From positions 39,703 through 103,702 of the forward strand of contig JBAXEI010000002.1 in the NCBI GenBank assembly GCA_037140515.1: a stretch of DNA of 64,000 bases, in the 5' to 3' direction. Below are positions 29,823-38,945 of the stretch, in pieces. The translations under genes were made by a program, and so were the position numbers. The stretch is from Candidatus Berkelbacteria bacterium. GTDB taxonomy: Bacteria > Patescibacteriota > UBA1384 > XYA2-FULL-43-10 > 1-14-0-10-43-13. A model generated the notes under the pieces. That model saw nothing but the letters and a program-made list of their open reading frames with translations. It was not told the DNA's origin and ran no database searches. Every line of letters begins with the position of its first letter. Position 1 is the stretch's first letter.

Positions 29823-30336
29823 CGAGAGATTCCAAGCTGTTTGTGCGGTTTTCATAGCAATTGCAGCGATTGTAGTCTGCTGGCAGTATGCGCTCCCATC
29901 ATACAACAAGAACGTATCAGATCAAGCAAAATATAAGGCTGATGTAGCTGCTGCCGACATTAAGCTCGCTTCTGTCAAGAAAAATGAGAAGGTTTTTAAC
30001 GACTCACAGACCAGCGCAACTATCAATTTACTCAACATTGCAATTCCTGAGGACAAGGATTTACCAAATCTTATAACAGAGCTAGAGGCAATCGCGACAA
30101 ATCATGGCATGTTTATCCCTGCGCCATCTATTACTGACGGCACAGACAACACAGTTATGATTTCTTTTGGAATATCCGGGACGCTACAGGAGCTAACAGA
30201 TTTCATGACAACAATCCAAAAAGATTTACGATTTTTCAATATCAAGAGCGTCAGCATGTCAACCTCAAAGGACATCGTAAACATGTCCCTCTCAATAGAA
30301 GCATACAAACGTGCTAGTAGCGCTGTGGCCAAATAA
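29806..30336 (+). CDS. pilO: PilO-like type IV pilus alignment protein
   Basis: TM, coiled coil, AIPEDKDLPNLITELEAIA, GTLQELTDFMTTIQKDLRFFNIKSV. Confidence 0.8.
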   Translation: MPKFNNERFQAVCAVFIAIAAIVVCWQYALPSYNKNVSDQAKYKADVAAADIKLASVKKNEKVFNDSQTSATINLLNIAIPEDKDLPNLITELEAIATNHGMFIPAPSITDGTDNTVMISFGISGTLQELTDFMTTIQKDLRFFNIKSVSMSTSKDIVNMSLSIEAYKRASSAVAK

Positions 30337-30347
30337 AGGAGAAAGCT

Positions 30348-30620
30348 ATGAAGACAAAATTAGATCCTAAAATTTTATCGCTTATCGGCGGCATCGCGGC
30401 CGTAGTCCTAGTGATTGGCGCATTTTTGTACATGTGGCAAAACGGTAAACCTGTAGCAGGGGAAAAAATAATCACAGATGTAAAATACAAGACTGTCGAA
30501 ATCGGTACGACTATTGCCGACGCCCAGATTATGATGAACAAATTATCGTCAAAAGCCACGCTACCAGTGACAGCACCGACAGCAGATAAAATTGGCAAAG
30601 ACAATCCATTTACTCCATAA
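30348..30620 (+). CDS. Small single-TM protein at the PilP position
   Basis: One TM; C-terminal GKDNPFTP resembles the RDPF.P motif of PilP; AAAGGAG RBS. Confidence 0.6.
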   Translation: MKTKLDPKILSLIGGIAAVVLVIGAFLYMWQNGKPVAGEKIITDVKYKTVEIGTTIADAQIMMNKLSSKATLPVTAPTADKIGKDNPFTP

Positions 30621-30710
30621 ACTACGTATCTCTGACTTCCATCTAGAAAATTGTTTTGCTGAATAAAACAGTTTTGTTTCGGTAGAATTTAATCATCAAA
30701 AGTTTTTTGA

Positions 30711-33185
30711 ATGCCAACACAAACACAGAATTATAACTATCTCGATCCAGCTCTTACCAGCCAATCAGTTCTGGACGTTTTTGTGCTACAGGATTTGATT
30801 GATCCTGAGGATGCTAGGAAGCTGCAGAAGAAGCTAAAGACCAATCGTGAAATTGAGAATTTTTTGTTAAAAACAAAAATTGTTACCAAAGAAACGATCA
30901 ACAAGGCCTATGGCATCATGCTAAAACTGCCTTTTATCGAGATAAAAAATTTGGATATTCCTGAGTCAGTTTTGTCTATGGTTCCGGAGAAATTAGCACG
31001 AAAATACCAAATTATTCCGATCGGTATAGAGGACAATTTAGTTCGTGTCGCGACCGCCAATCCTGCCGATCTATTAGTCGGCTATGACACGGGAATCGGC
31101 AAGCTATTCGCAGAAAAAAAGTTGGAAATCGAGCTTTTTCTTACAGGAACAGCTGATTTCGAAGAAGCGGTCAAACAGTATCGAAAAGGTTATGAAAACG
31201 ATCTGCTGGTAAAGAAGGGCAGCGTACCTGCTATTTATTTGCGAAACCAGACGATCAAAGAGCAGTACCTGGACAAGATACCTCGAGATTTTATCGAAAA
31301 GTATAGAATGGTTGTTTTTGGTCAAAACAAAAAAGGCACATACCTTATCGCATGCGAGAAGCCAGATGATCCCGAGACGTTGAAAATTCTCAATTTCATA
31401 AGAAGTGAAAACAACATAAATTTTGAAAAATTTGGTACCTCTCGAGAAGATATAGACTTTGTAATCAATCTTTTGAACAATCCAAGCGGAGCACGCCAAA
31501 CACATGGTTCTCTCACTATAGAGACCAAATCTGCAGAAAATACGAATTGGGCAAATGACTCTGCAACTAGTACTGAGATGGCAAAGCTCAAAGGTCAAAA
31601 AGTTCAGAGAGGCAACACTGGTCCAACGCTGAAGGATGTATTCAAAAGCATGGTTAATACATCTTCGGAGGATACTTCTGGCGATATTACCATTGATAGC
31701 ACTGAAACAGAGAAAGAATACGAGGAAAGTCTTCATGAGACAGATATTGTTGAAGACAAAGGTGAAGTATCACCCAAAAATGATTTAGCCTCAACAACAG
31801 GTGCTCCCGAAGCTACTTCGGAAGTACTCCCTGACAATGAAAACCCTGAGGTGAAAAAGTCTGCTGATGCTCCGGAAGAAGCCTCTGATACTGAGGGGGA
31901 GATGGGCTCTTGGGTTGATGACAAAGACCTCGGGTCATTACTAACAAAAGAAATTCTGACAGAAGCCGATTTAGCCGAGGCCTCAAAACAAGGCTCTGTT
32001 CCACATATTGTGGCTGCTGTCCTCGACTATGCTCTAAATAATCGGTCTTCCGATGTCCACGTTGAGCCCGAGGCAAAAGTATTGCGAATTCGATGTCGTG
32101 TTGATGGAATCTTGAAAGATATTATGAAACTACCAATGAAGTTTCACCCTCCGTTTGTGAGTCGAATTAAGATCATGTCAAAACTGAAAATTGATGAAAC
32201 TAGAATTCCACAAGATGGACGATTTGATACTATATTCAAGGAGAGAGAAGTTGATGTTCGTGTTTCGACTTTGCCGACTGTTCATGGTGAAAAGATCGTG
32301 ATGAGAGTTTTGGACAAGAGTCAAGGGATTCTTTCTCTTGAAGATCTTGGTATGCAGGGTAGCGCATTTGAGGAGACAATAGCCGCTATCAAGAAACCAT
32401 ATGGCGTAATCCTCGCTACCGGTCCTACTGGCTCAGGTAAATCCACGACACTATATGCGGTCTTGAACAGAATTAGTTTGCCGGGTGTGAATATTGTGAC
32501 GCTTGAGGATCCAGTCGAGTACGAAATACCAGGGATAAATCAGTGTCAGATAAAGCCAGAAATCGGCTTCACCTTCGCTTCAGGCTTGAGAAGCATTTTG
32601 CGCCAAGATCCAAATGTGATCATGGTTGGTGAGATCCGCGATGGTGAAACCGCTGGCATGGTTACGCATGCGGCTTTGACCGGCCACTTGGTTCTCTCGA
32701 CCTTGCATACAAACGATACTGCTGGAGCTCTGCCTCGCATGATAAATATGGGCGTAGAACCTTTTCTCATTACTTCCTCGATAAATCTCATAGTGGCACA
32801 GCGTTTGGTCCGAAGAATATGTCCGAAATGTAAAGAGGAGATGGTGGTCCCACAGAAGCTAATGGATGAGCTGAAGGCTGAGCTTGATCTGATTCCGGCG
32901 ACAAACGTAAAAGACCGAGAAAGAATTCCAGCGGAGCTAAAGCTTTATCATGGCAGAGGATGTTCTGACTGTCACGATGGCTACAAAGGCCGCGTTGGCA
33001 TATATGAAGTCATGACGATGAATCCAGATATTGAGGAGCTTGCAATAGAGAAAAAATCTGCAAATGATATCAAGGAAGCATCAATCAAAAATGGCATGAT
33101 CACGATGAAACAGGACGGAATCATCAAAGCATTTATGGGCGAGACAACCGTCGATGAGATCTTCCAAGCGGTTGTGGCTGATTAG
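30711..33185 (+). CDS. pilB: Type IV pilus assembly ATPase (PilB/GspE)
   Basis: SDVHVEP, GPTGSGKST, TLEDPVEY, LRQDPNVIMVGEIRD, GHLVLSTLHTN, CPKC/CSDC zinc motif; duplicated N-terminal domain. Confidence 0.95.
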   Translation: MPTQTQNYNYLDPALTSQSVLDVFVLQDLIDPEDARKLQKKLKTNREIENFLLKTKIVTKETINKAYGIMLKLPFIEIKNLDIPESVLSMVPEKLARKYQIIPIGIEDNLVRVATANPADLLVGYDTGIGKLFAEKKLEIELFLTGTADFEEAVKQYRKGYENDLLVKKGSVPAIYLRNQTIKEQYLDKIPRDFIEKYRMVVFGQNKKGTYLIACEKPDDPETLKILNFIRSENNINFEKFGTSREDIDFVINLLNNPSGARQTHGSLTIETKSAENTNWANDSATSTEMAKLKGQKVQRGNTGPTLKDVFKSMVNTSSEDTSGDITIDSTETEKEYEESLHETDIVEDKGEVSPKNDLASTTGAPEATSEVLPDNENPEVKKSADAPEEASDTEGEMGSWVDDKDLGSLLTKEILTEADLAEASKQGSVPHIVAAVLDYALNNRSSDVHVEPEAKVLRIRCRVDGILKDIMKLPMKFHPPFVSRIKIMSKLKIDETRIPQDGRFDTIFKEREVDVRVSTLPTVHGEKIVMRVLDKSQGILSLEDLGMQGSAFEETIAAIKKPYGVILATGPTGSGKSTTLYAVLNRISLPGVNIVTLEDPVEYEIPGINQCQIKPEIGFTFASGLRSILRQDPNVIMVGEIRDGETAGMVTHAALTGHLVLSTLHTNDTAGALPRMINMGVEPFLITSSINLIVAQRLVRRICPKCKEEMVVPQKLMDELKAELDLIPATNVKDRERIPAELKLYHGRGCSDCHDGYKGRVGIYEVMTMNPDIEELAIEKKSANDIKEASIKNGMITMKQDGIIKAFMGETTVDEIFQAVVAD

Positions 33186-33193
33186 CAAATTTC

Positions 33194-33222
33194 TTGCATG
33201 TGGAGAATAATATAGATATACT
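33194..33222 (+). promoter_or_regulatory. Sigma70-type promoter of pilT
   Basis: TTGCAT-17-TATACT; a one-mismatch DnaA-like box TGTGGAGAA (33199-33207) overlaps the spacer. Confidence 0.55.
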
Positions 33223-33252
33223 GTAAACAGAATATAAAGACTTTGGAGGGGT

Positions 33253-34320
33253 ATGACAGAGACAAAAGGTAGCGAGATTTCGACATATCTGAACTATGCT
33301 ATCAGTAACAATGCATCAGATATTCACATAAACGTTGGCGTGCCAGTAAACGTTCGTATTGATGGTAAGCTTATGCCTATTCCAGAGGCCTTGAAGGTTG
33401 ATGAGCTCAAGGCAAAGGAGCTGGTTTCCGCATTTACTCCGCCAGATATGCTTTTGTCGCTCAAGCAGAAACGGGAGATAGACTTTTCGTTTGGTTTCCA
33501 GAGCATGCGTTTTCGTGCGAATGTCTTTTATCAAAAAGGTTCTATCTGTGCTTCATTGCGTTTGATTCCAAAAGAGCTTCGTAGCTTCGCTGACCTTGGT
33601 CTGCCGCCAATTCTTGAAAAGTTTACAGAGCACAGCCAAGGGTTTGTAATCATCACCGGTCCTACTGGCTCAGGTAAGTCAACAACTCTCGCTGCTATGA
33701 TCGACAAGATAAATAGCGAAAAGCGAAAACACATTATCACTATCGAAGATCCTATAGAGTATGTATTTGAGCACAAACAATCTCTTATTTCGCAGCGTGA
33801 AGTCGGCTCAGATACAAATTCCTTCGCTCGAGCACTACGCTCTTCGCTTCGTGAAGATCCAGATGTCGTTCTGATCGGTGAAATGCGAGATCTCGAAACT
33901 ATCGAGGCGGCTATCACTCTTGCTGAAACAGGTCACCTAGTTCTTACGACTTTGCATACAAACTCTGCTGCTCAAACTGCAGACCGTATCGTAAATGTCT
34001 TCCCACCTCACATGCAGCAACAAATTTCTAGTCAGCTTGCATCAGTTCTTCTTGGGGTCGTTTCTCAGCGTTTGATTCCGAAGATAAATGGCGGACGCGT
34101 TATGGCTGCTGAGATCATGATTGCAAACACCGCTATCAAAAGCTTGATCCGTGATGGCAAGAATTACCAAATTCCAAATGTCATCTCGACTTCAGCCGCT
34201 GATGGTATGATCAGTCTCGATAAAGTGCTTGCAGAGTATGTTTCAAGAGGGGATATCTCACTTGAAGAAGCGCTAAACTTTTCACTTGATCCAAAAACTT
34301 TCAAGATGATGGTATACTAA
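33253..34320 (+). CDS. pilT: Type IV pilus retraction ATPase
   Basis: ASDIHI, GPTGSGKSTT, LREDPDVVLIGEMRD, AETGHLVLTTLHT, AIKSLIRD (AIRNLIRE-like). Confidence 0.95.
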   Translation: MTETKGSEISTYLNYAISNNASDIHINVGVPVNVRIDGKLMPIPEALKVDELKAKELVSAFTPPDMLLSLKQKREIDFSFGFQSMRFRANVFYQKGSICASLRLIPKELRSFADLGLPPILEKFTEHSQGFVIITGPTGSGKSTTLAAMIDKINSEKRKHIITIEDPIEYVFEHKQSLISQREVGSDTNSFARALRSSLREDPDVVLIGEMRDLETIEAAITLAETGHLVLTTLHTNSAAQTADRIVNVFPPHMQQQISSQLASVLLGVVSQRLIPKINGGRVMAAEIMIANTAIKSLIRDGKNYQIPNVISTSAADGMISLDKVLAEYVSRGDISLEEALNFSLDPKTFKMMVY

Positions 34321-34343
34321 TATCAATTAATCACACCCAATAA

Positions 34344-35546
34344 ATGCCACGTTATCTTTACAAGGCAAAAAACAATAAGAGCGAGATTGTAACTGGTACA
34401 GTTCGCGCAGACAATCAGATCGAAGCTGAGAAGCTTTTGGTTCGGCATGACTTTGTGCCTATTGAGATTACACCAGAGCAGAAAAAAAGCTTTGGCTCTA
34501 TGCTTTTCAACAAAGTATCGGTCAAGGACAAGGCAGTTTTCTCGCGTCAGCTCGCTACAATGCTAAATGCTGGCTTACCACTGACCAAGGCGATCAGTAT
34601 TCTCGCAAAACAGGCAAAAACAGAGCATTTACGTCAAATATTTGTTGATATTTATACTGATCTTCAAGAAGGCTACAATTTTTCATCGGCCTTATCCAAG
34701 CATCCCGAGGCATTTGATCGTGTCTTTGTAAGTATCGTGAATTCCGGCGAAACGACCGGTAAACTCGACGTTGTTTTGAGCGAGCTAGCTGAGCAAATGG
34801 AAAATGATAGCTCATTTCTGAGCAAGGTTTACTCCGCGCTGTATTACCCTGCATTTATCTTTGTCGCACTTATCGGCGCTGCAGTAGTCATGATGATTAT
34901 GGTCGTCCCTAAGCTAAAAGGAATGTTTACCGAAAACGCGACCGAGCTGCCTGTAATTACGAAAATACTACTTTCTATGTCCGCCTTTATGGTTTCATAT
35001 TGGTGGCTACTTCTTATTATATTGGTCGCGCTTATAGTCTTTTTGAAATCGTGGCTCGGCACAGAGAAAGGTTCTAGAGCTATTCACTCTCTTCAGATTA
35101 CTATTCCAGGACTAAAAAATATCTTTGAAGGTATTTATATGTACCGCTTTACTAGGACACTGGCGATGCTTATTGGCGCTGGCGTCCCTTTGCTTGATGC
35201 GCTTCACATCAGCGCTACTGTTATGGATAATCCACTCTACGAAGACGCGATCAATCGTGTCTCCTCGCAGGTAGAAAAAGGTATGTCTCTATCTACTCAG
35301 CTCATGAAAGAAAAGTATTTTCCACCACTTGTCGGTAATATGGCGGCAGTTGGTGAAGAGACGGGTGAGCTGGATAAAGTTCTGATAAAAGTTTCTGAGT
35401 ACTACGCTCAGGCGACGTCTGATCTGACGAAGGCTGTGACTTCGCTTGTCGAACCAGCGGTCCTTTTGCTGGTCGCTGCTGGTGTTGTTTTTCTCGTATT
35501 TGCAATCTATATGCCAGTCATACAGATGAGTAATTTTGGTGGCTAA
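34344..35546 (+). CDS. pilC: Type IV pilus platform protein (PilC/GspF)
   Basis: FSRQLATMLNAGLPL, GETTGKLD, VGEETGELD, EP...AIYMP. Confidence 0.95.
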   Translation: MPRYLYKAKNNKSEIVTGTVRADNQIEAEKLLVRHDFVPIEITPEQKKSFGSMLFNKVSVKDKAVFSRQLATMLNAGLPLTKAISILAKQAKTEHLRQIFVDIYTDLQEGYNFSSALSKHPEAFDRVFVSIVNSGETTGKLDVVLSELAEQMENDSSFLSKVYSALYYPAFIFVALIGAAVVMMIMVVPKLKGMFTENATELPVITKILLSMSAFMVSYWWLLLIILVALIVFLKSWLGTEKGSRAIHSLQITIPGLKNIFEGIYMYRFTRTLAMLIGAGVPLLDALHISATVMDNPLYEDAINRVSSQVEKGMSLSTQLMKEKYFPPLVGNMAAVGEETGELDKVLIKVSEYYAQATSDLTKAVTSLVEPAVLLLVAAGVVFLVFAIYMPVIQMSNFGG

Positions 35547-35549
35547 TAT

Positions 35550-35578
35550 TTGCATGGTTTTTGGAAATAGCTTATAAT
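35550..35578 (+). promoter_or_regulatory. Sigma70-type promoter of the pilin gene
   Basis: TTGCAT(35550-35555)-17-TATAAT(35573-35578). Confidence 0.65.
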
Positions 35579-35715
35579 ATTTATAAATAAATTATCAATA
35601 TTAATGTCTTTGCTCGGTCGATCAAAGCTTTATATAAAAAATTTGCTTCTTGTTAAGCAGACTTGAAGCAAGCAGATATCTGCTTTTAGAAAATATGAAA
35701 ATGGAGGGAAGAAAA

Positions 35716-36177
35716 ATGAAAAAGTTAAAAGGTTTTACGCTTGTAGAGCTTTTGGTAGTTATCGCGGTCATTGGTATCTTGTCAGCTGTAGTTATCTTGA
35801 ACACAAACAGTGCCAAGGTAAAAGCTAGAGAAGCCAACATGAAGACAACTCTCGATACTGTCCAAAATATCGGTGTCTTGTGTGCTGACGGTACTACGGT
35901 TGGTAATCTAGATTCCGCTGACGCCTATGTTGCAAAGTCAACTGGTACGACAACGACTCCAGCTATTTGCAACGGTGCAAGTCCAGCTATCACTGATGTC
36001 TGGCCTGTACCTGAGTCTGGCTACTACTATGCAGTCAAGAGCGGTAGTTCCGCAGACCCTACACTCAAGGATTGGCGTATCTATGCTTCTAAGGTTGGAA
36101 CAGCAGGAACCTATGTTTCAACAGACACACCAGTGATAATGTGCTCTGCTTCGAAGTGTTCAACCAATGCGTTTTAG
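35716..36177 (+). CDS. Type IV pilin, likely the major pilin
   Basis: MKKLKG|FTLVELLVVIAVIGILSAVV class III signal; GGAGGG RBS; own promoter and 3' hairpin; four Cys. Confidence 0.9.
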   Translation: MKKLKGFTLVELLVVIAVIGILSAVVILNTNSAKVKAREANMKTTLDTVQNIGVLCADGTTVGNLDSADAYVAKSTGTTTTPAICNGASPAITDVWPVPESGYYYAVKSGSSADPTLKDWRIYASKVGTAGTYVSTDTPVIMCSASKCSTNAF

Positions 36178-36186
36178 TTTTACGTT

Positions 36187-36225
36187 CTTTTACGTTCGGC
36201 AAAGATCTTTGCCGAACTAAAAGAG
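36187..36225. terminator. Long hairpin after the pilin gene (terminator or mRNA-stabilising stem)
   Basis: Perfect 24-bp palindrome GTTCGGCAAAGATCTTTGCCGAAC, extended by TCTTTTA/TAAAAGA. Confidence 0.6.
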
Positions 36226-36300
36226 GGCAAAGTTTACAAATAGATAGATAATCGAGAGTCGGGACTTGCGGCTTAGGACCAAGGGCTCGGTATTATATCT

Positions 36301-36390
36301 TGTCATCCCGTACTGCGGCATGAGATACGGGATCTTGAGCAAAATTTCAAAAAGTATACGCGCAAGATTCCTGCTTCCGCAGGAATGACA
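36301..36390. repeat. REP/MITE-like palindromic element, TGTCAT...ATGACA type
   Basis: Terminal IR TGTCAT/ATGACA; internal hairpins ATCCCGTA-N13-TACGGGAT and ATTCCTGC-TTCC-GCAGGAAT; connector ATCTTG/CAAGAT. Confidence 0.75.
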
Positions 36391-36439
36391 TGAAAAAAGC
36401 TATCACTAACGCAAGCCCACTTGCAGAAATGGATTTACG

Positions 36440-37216
36440 ATGGATGCATACTATTTAATTTTCTTATTTATATTGGGCCTAGCGATCGGCTCTTTTCTAA
36501 ATGTCGTCATTTTCCGAATGGATGAGCTGAAGACGATTCTTTATGATCGTTCGCATTGCCCATCTTGCAAGAAAATACTCAAATGGTATGACCTAATTCC
36601 TTTTCTTTCATTTGTAATGCTCCGGGCGAAGTGCCGATATTGTGGTAAGGGGATTTCTTATCAATATCCTATAGTTGAGCTATGCACGGGACTACTATTT
36701 GCCTTTCTTTTCTTATTCTTTGGTATTAGCTGGACTCTAGTCGTCTACCTAATAATTTTTTGCATTCTTATTGTTGTCTTCGTTTATGACTTGAAGACAC
36801 AAACTGTGCCAGAGATATTCGTTTGGATCGCTCTAATACTGTCTGCGGCTTTTGGCTGGTACTTTGGCCATTTTAGTTTTATTGAAATGATTCTTGGTGG
36901 CTTGGTCGGCGGCGGATTTCTTGCAATATTGGTCTTGGCTTCGAAGGAAAAGTGGATGGGCGCCGGAGATATTAAGATCGGCTTGATCCTAGGCTTTTTG
37001 CTTGGCTACCCAAACGCACTGTTTGCTATGTTTTCTGCCTTTGTCCTTGGCTCGCTTGTCGGCCTCTTGTATGTCTATCTGAAAAATAAATCTATTAAGC
37101 GTGAATATCTGAAAGAATCTCTGCCTTTTGCACCATTTCTGATCTTCGCGACACTTATCGGTCTCGTTTATGGGCCACAGATTGTTGCATGGTATTTGGG
37201 CGGAATGTATTACTAA
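36440..37216 (+). CDS. pilD: Prepilin peptidase
   Basis: GSFLNVVIFR, RSHCPSC, KCRYC, YPIVE, YDLK, MGAGDIK, LPFAPFL. Confidence 0.95.
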   Translation: MDAYYLIFLFILGLAIGSFLNVVIFRMDELKTILYDRSHCPSCKKILKWYDLIPFLSFVMLRAKCRYCGKGISYQYPIVELCTGLLFAFLFLFFGISWTLVVYLIIFCILIVVFVYDLKTQTVPEIFVWIALILSAAFGWYFGHFSFIEMILGGLVGGGFLAILVLASKEKWMGAGDIKIGLILGFLLGYPNALFAMFSAFVLGSLVGLLYVYLKNKSIKREYLKESLPFAPFLIFATLIGLVYGPQIVAWYLGGMYY

Positions 37217-37232
37217 AGCCTTGGAGGGCAAT

Positions 37233-37766
37233 ATGAAATCACGAAAAGCATTTACTCTCATCGAGCTACTGGTCGTCATTGCTGTGATCGGTATACTCTC
37301 TGCTGTAGTTGCTATCAGCACAAATGGCGCAAAGATAAAGGCTCGTGATGCACAGAGAAAAGGGGACCTGCTAAAAATTGCTTCTGCGCTGGAAATATAC
37401 AGAACGGATAATAAGTCCTATCCGTCATACTCGACTACTGCGAAACAGACTGTGCTTAATCTTGCACTTACTAATTCTCTAGTCCCCACATATCTCCCAA
37501 CCATGCCTACTGATCCTCAGAATAGCTCTTCTGTTTATTACGATCAGCAGTATGTATATACTTCTGATAGCACTACGGCGAATCCAGCCGTTCCAGTAAA
37601 ATCAACAAAATTCTCATTGTATGCTGTGCTCGAGAGGCCAAGCTCTGCCGACACTGCTACTGTACCAGTGCAGGCCACGACGTTGTGTCCAAAGTTTCCC
37701 TCCGGTAATCAAGTTTCTTCTCCTGTGAAATCGCCATCATATGCCGTAGTCGGAAATTGTAAATAA
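37233..37766 (+). CDS. Type IV pilin (GspG-like fold)
   Basis: MKSRKA|FTLIELLVVIAVIG; ARDAQRKGDL...ALEIY...YP...MPTDP; GGAGGGCAA RBS. Confidence 0.9.
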   Translation: MKSRKAFTLIELLVVIAVIGILSAVVAISTNGAKIKARDAQRKGDLLKIASALEIYRTDNKSYPSYSTTAKQTVLNLALTNSLVPTYLPTMPTDPQNSSSVYYDQQYVYTSDSTTANPAVPVKSTKFSLYAVLERPSSADTATVPVQATTLCPKFPSGNQVSSPVKSPSYAVVGNCK

Positions 37767-38378
37767 ATGATGAAAAAGGCATACACACTAATCGAGCTTT
37801 TGGTCGTAATCTCCATAATCGGCTTTATGGCTATCTATTGTGTTCCTGCTTTTGCGAAGTTTGGCCGTAGTAGTGATTTCAAACAGAAGTCAGATGAGGT
37901 GAAAATTCTGATGCAGCGAACTTATGCGCTCTCCAGAAGCCCAGAAAATACGAGAGTACAGTACTATCGTATGAGGGTTGATAGTCAAGCGTTTGTTCTT
38001 GAGAGAACTGAAAAAGTCTCGCCTGTACTTTCTGCTGACTGGACTGAAGTCAGTCGAGTAGAGAAGCTGCTAAATAGTCCCGCAGGATCAGGTACGGCAA
38101 ATAACCTTCAAACAATTCAATGTGATAATGCACCCGGAAACACTGCTTGCGTGATACTTACATGTTCTGTCAATCCACAAAAGAAGTGTGATATCTCAAC
38201 TATTCCAACTGCGCCAATCACTACAATGTCCCAGATATCTCTTCGCGATTATAAAATATCTGGGATGAAAAACTTAGCCAACTTCACTTTCGAAGGAGTG
38301 AACAAGGATGGTGCTTATGATAGTGGCTTTAAGAGCAACAGCCCCTTTAATGTAGTGTTGACCTATACCCAAATATGA
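37767..38378 (+). CDS. Minor pilin (FimU/FimT-like position)
   Basis: MKKA|YTLIELLVVISIIG class III signal. Confidence 0.8.
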   Translation: MMKKAYTLIELLVVISIIGFMAIYCVPAFAKFGRSSDFKQKSDEVKILMQRTYALSRSPENTRVQYYRMRVDSQAFVLERTEKVSPVLSADWTEVSRVEKLLNSPAGSGTANNLQTIQCDNAPGNTACVILTCSVNPQKKCDISTIPTAPITTMSQISLRDYKISGMKNLANFTFEGVNKDGAYDSGFKSNSPFNVVLTYTQI

Positions 38379-38944
38379 TGATGAAAAATACAAAAAAAGC
38401 TTTTAGTCTTATCGAAGTCCTGCTTGCAGCGACTATTATTGTGATACTACTCTATGCGCTTGTGGCAGCAGGCAGATCAGCTCTTCGGAACTCATCGTCA
38501 ATACATGAAAAAGCTCAAGCAATGTTACTGGCTCAGCAAGGTCTTGAGATTGTTCGTCAAATCCGTGATACAAATTGGATCGACGCAAATCAGCAGAATT
38601 GGAGCAACTTTTCCTTTGATACTACTGAAAAGTGGAGAGACAAAAGTGGCTCAGATATGAAAATTAAATTTGATTCACTTTCTGAGGCGAAGAGGCCATT
38701 CCTCGATGTTTTAGCCGCACCTGCCGATTATGAAATTATTTCCGTAGATAATCTTGAGTACCATAGGATAGTCAAGTATGTGAAGCTTGCTTCTGCAAAT
38801 ATGCCAGAGGGCATCGGTAGCGGAGGAGCGATCCAGCCCGCGGATAATGCCGTGAAGGTAACCGTCACCGTCAGCTGGGATACAGGGACACCACAATCGC
38901 TTAGCATCAGCGAAGTATTAACAAATTGGCGACCAAATTACTAA
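38375..38944 (+). CDS. Minor pilin (PilV-like)
   Basis: KKA|FSLIEVLLA; AMLLAQQGLEIVRQIRD; VKVTVTVSW...LTNW. Confidence 0.85.
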   Translation: MMMKNTKKAFSLIEVLLAATIIVILLYALVAAGRSALRNSSSIHEKAQAMLLAQQGLEIVRQIRDTNWIDANQQNWSNFSFDTTEKWRDKSGSDMKIKFDSLSEAKRPFLDVLAAPADYEIISVDNLEYHRIVKYVKLASANMPEGIGSGGAIQPADNAVKVTVTVSWDTGTPQSLSISEVLTNWRPNY

Positions 38945-38945
38945 A

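Noticed and set aside
36220-36300. c-di-GMP-I riboswitch or tRNA remnant
   Set aside because: GGCAAA is present but the GAAA loop and GCAAAGC elements are not, and there is no tRNA cloverleaf or TTC loop.
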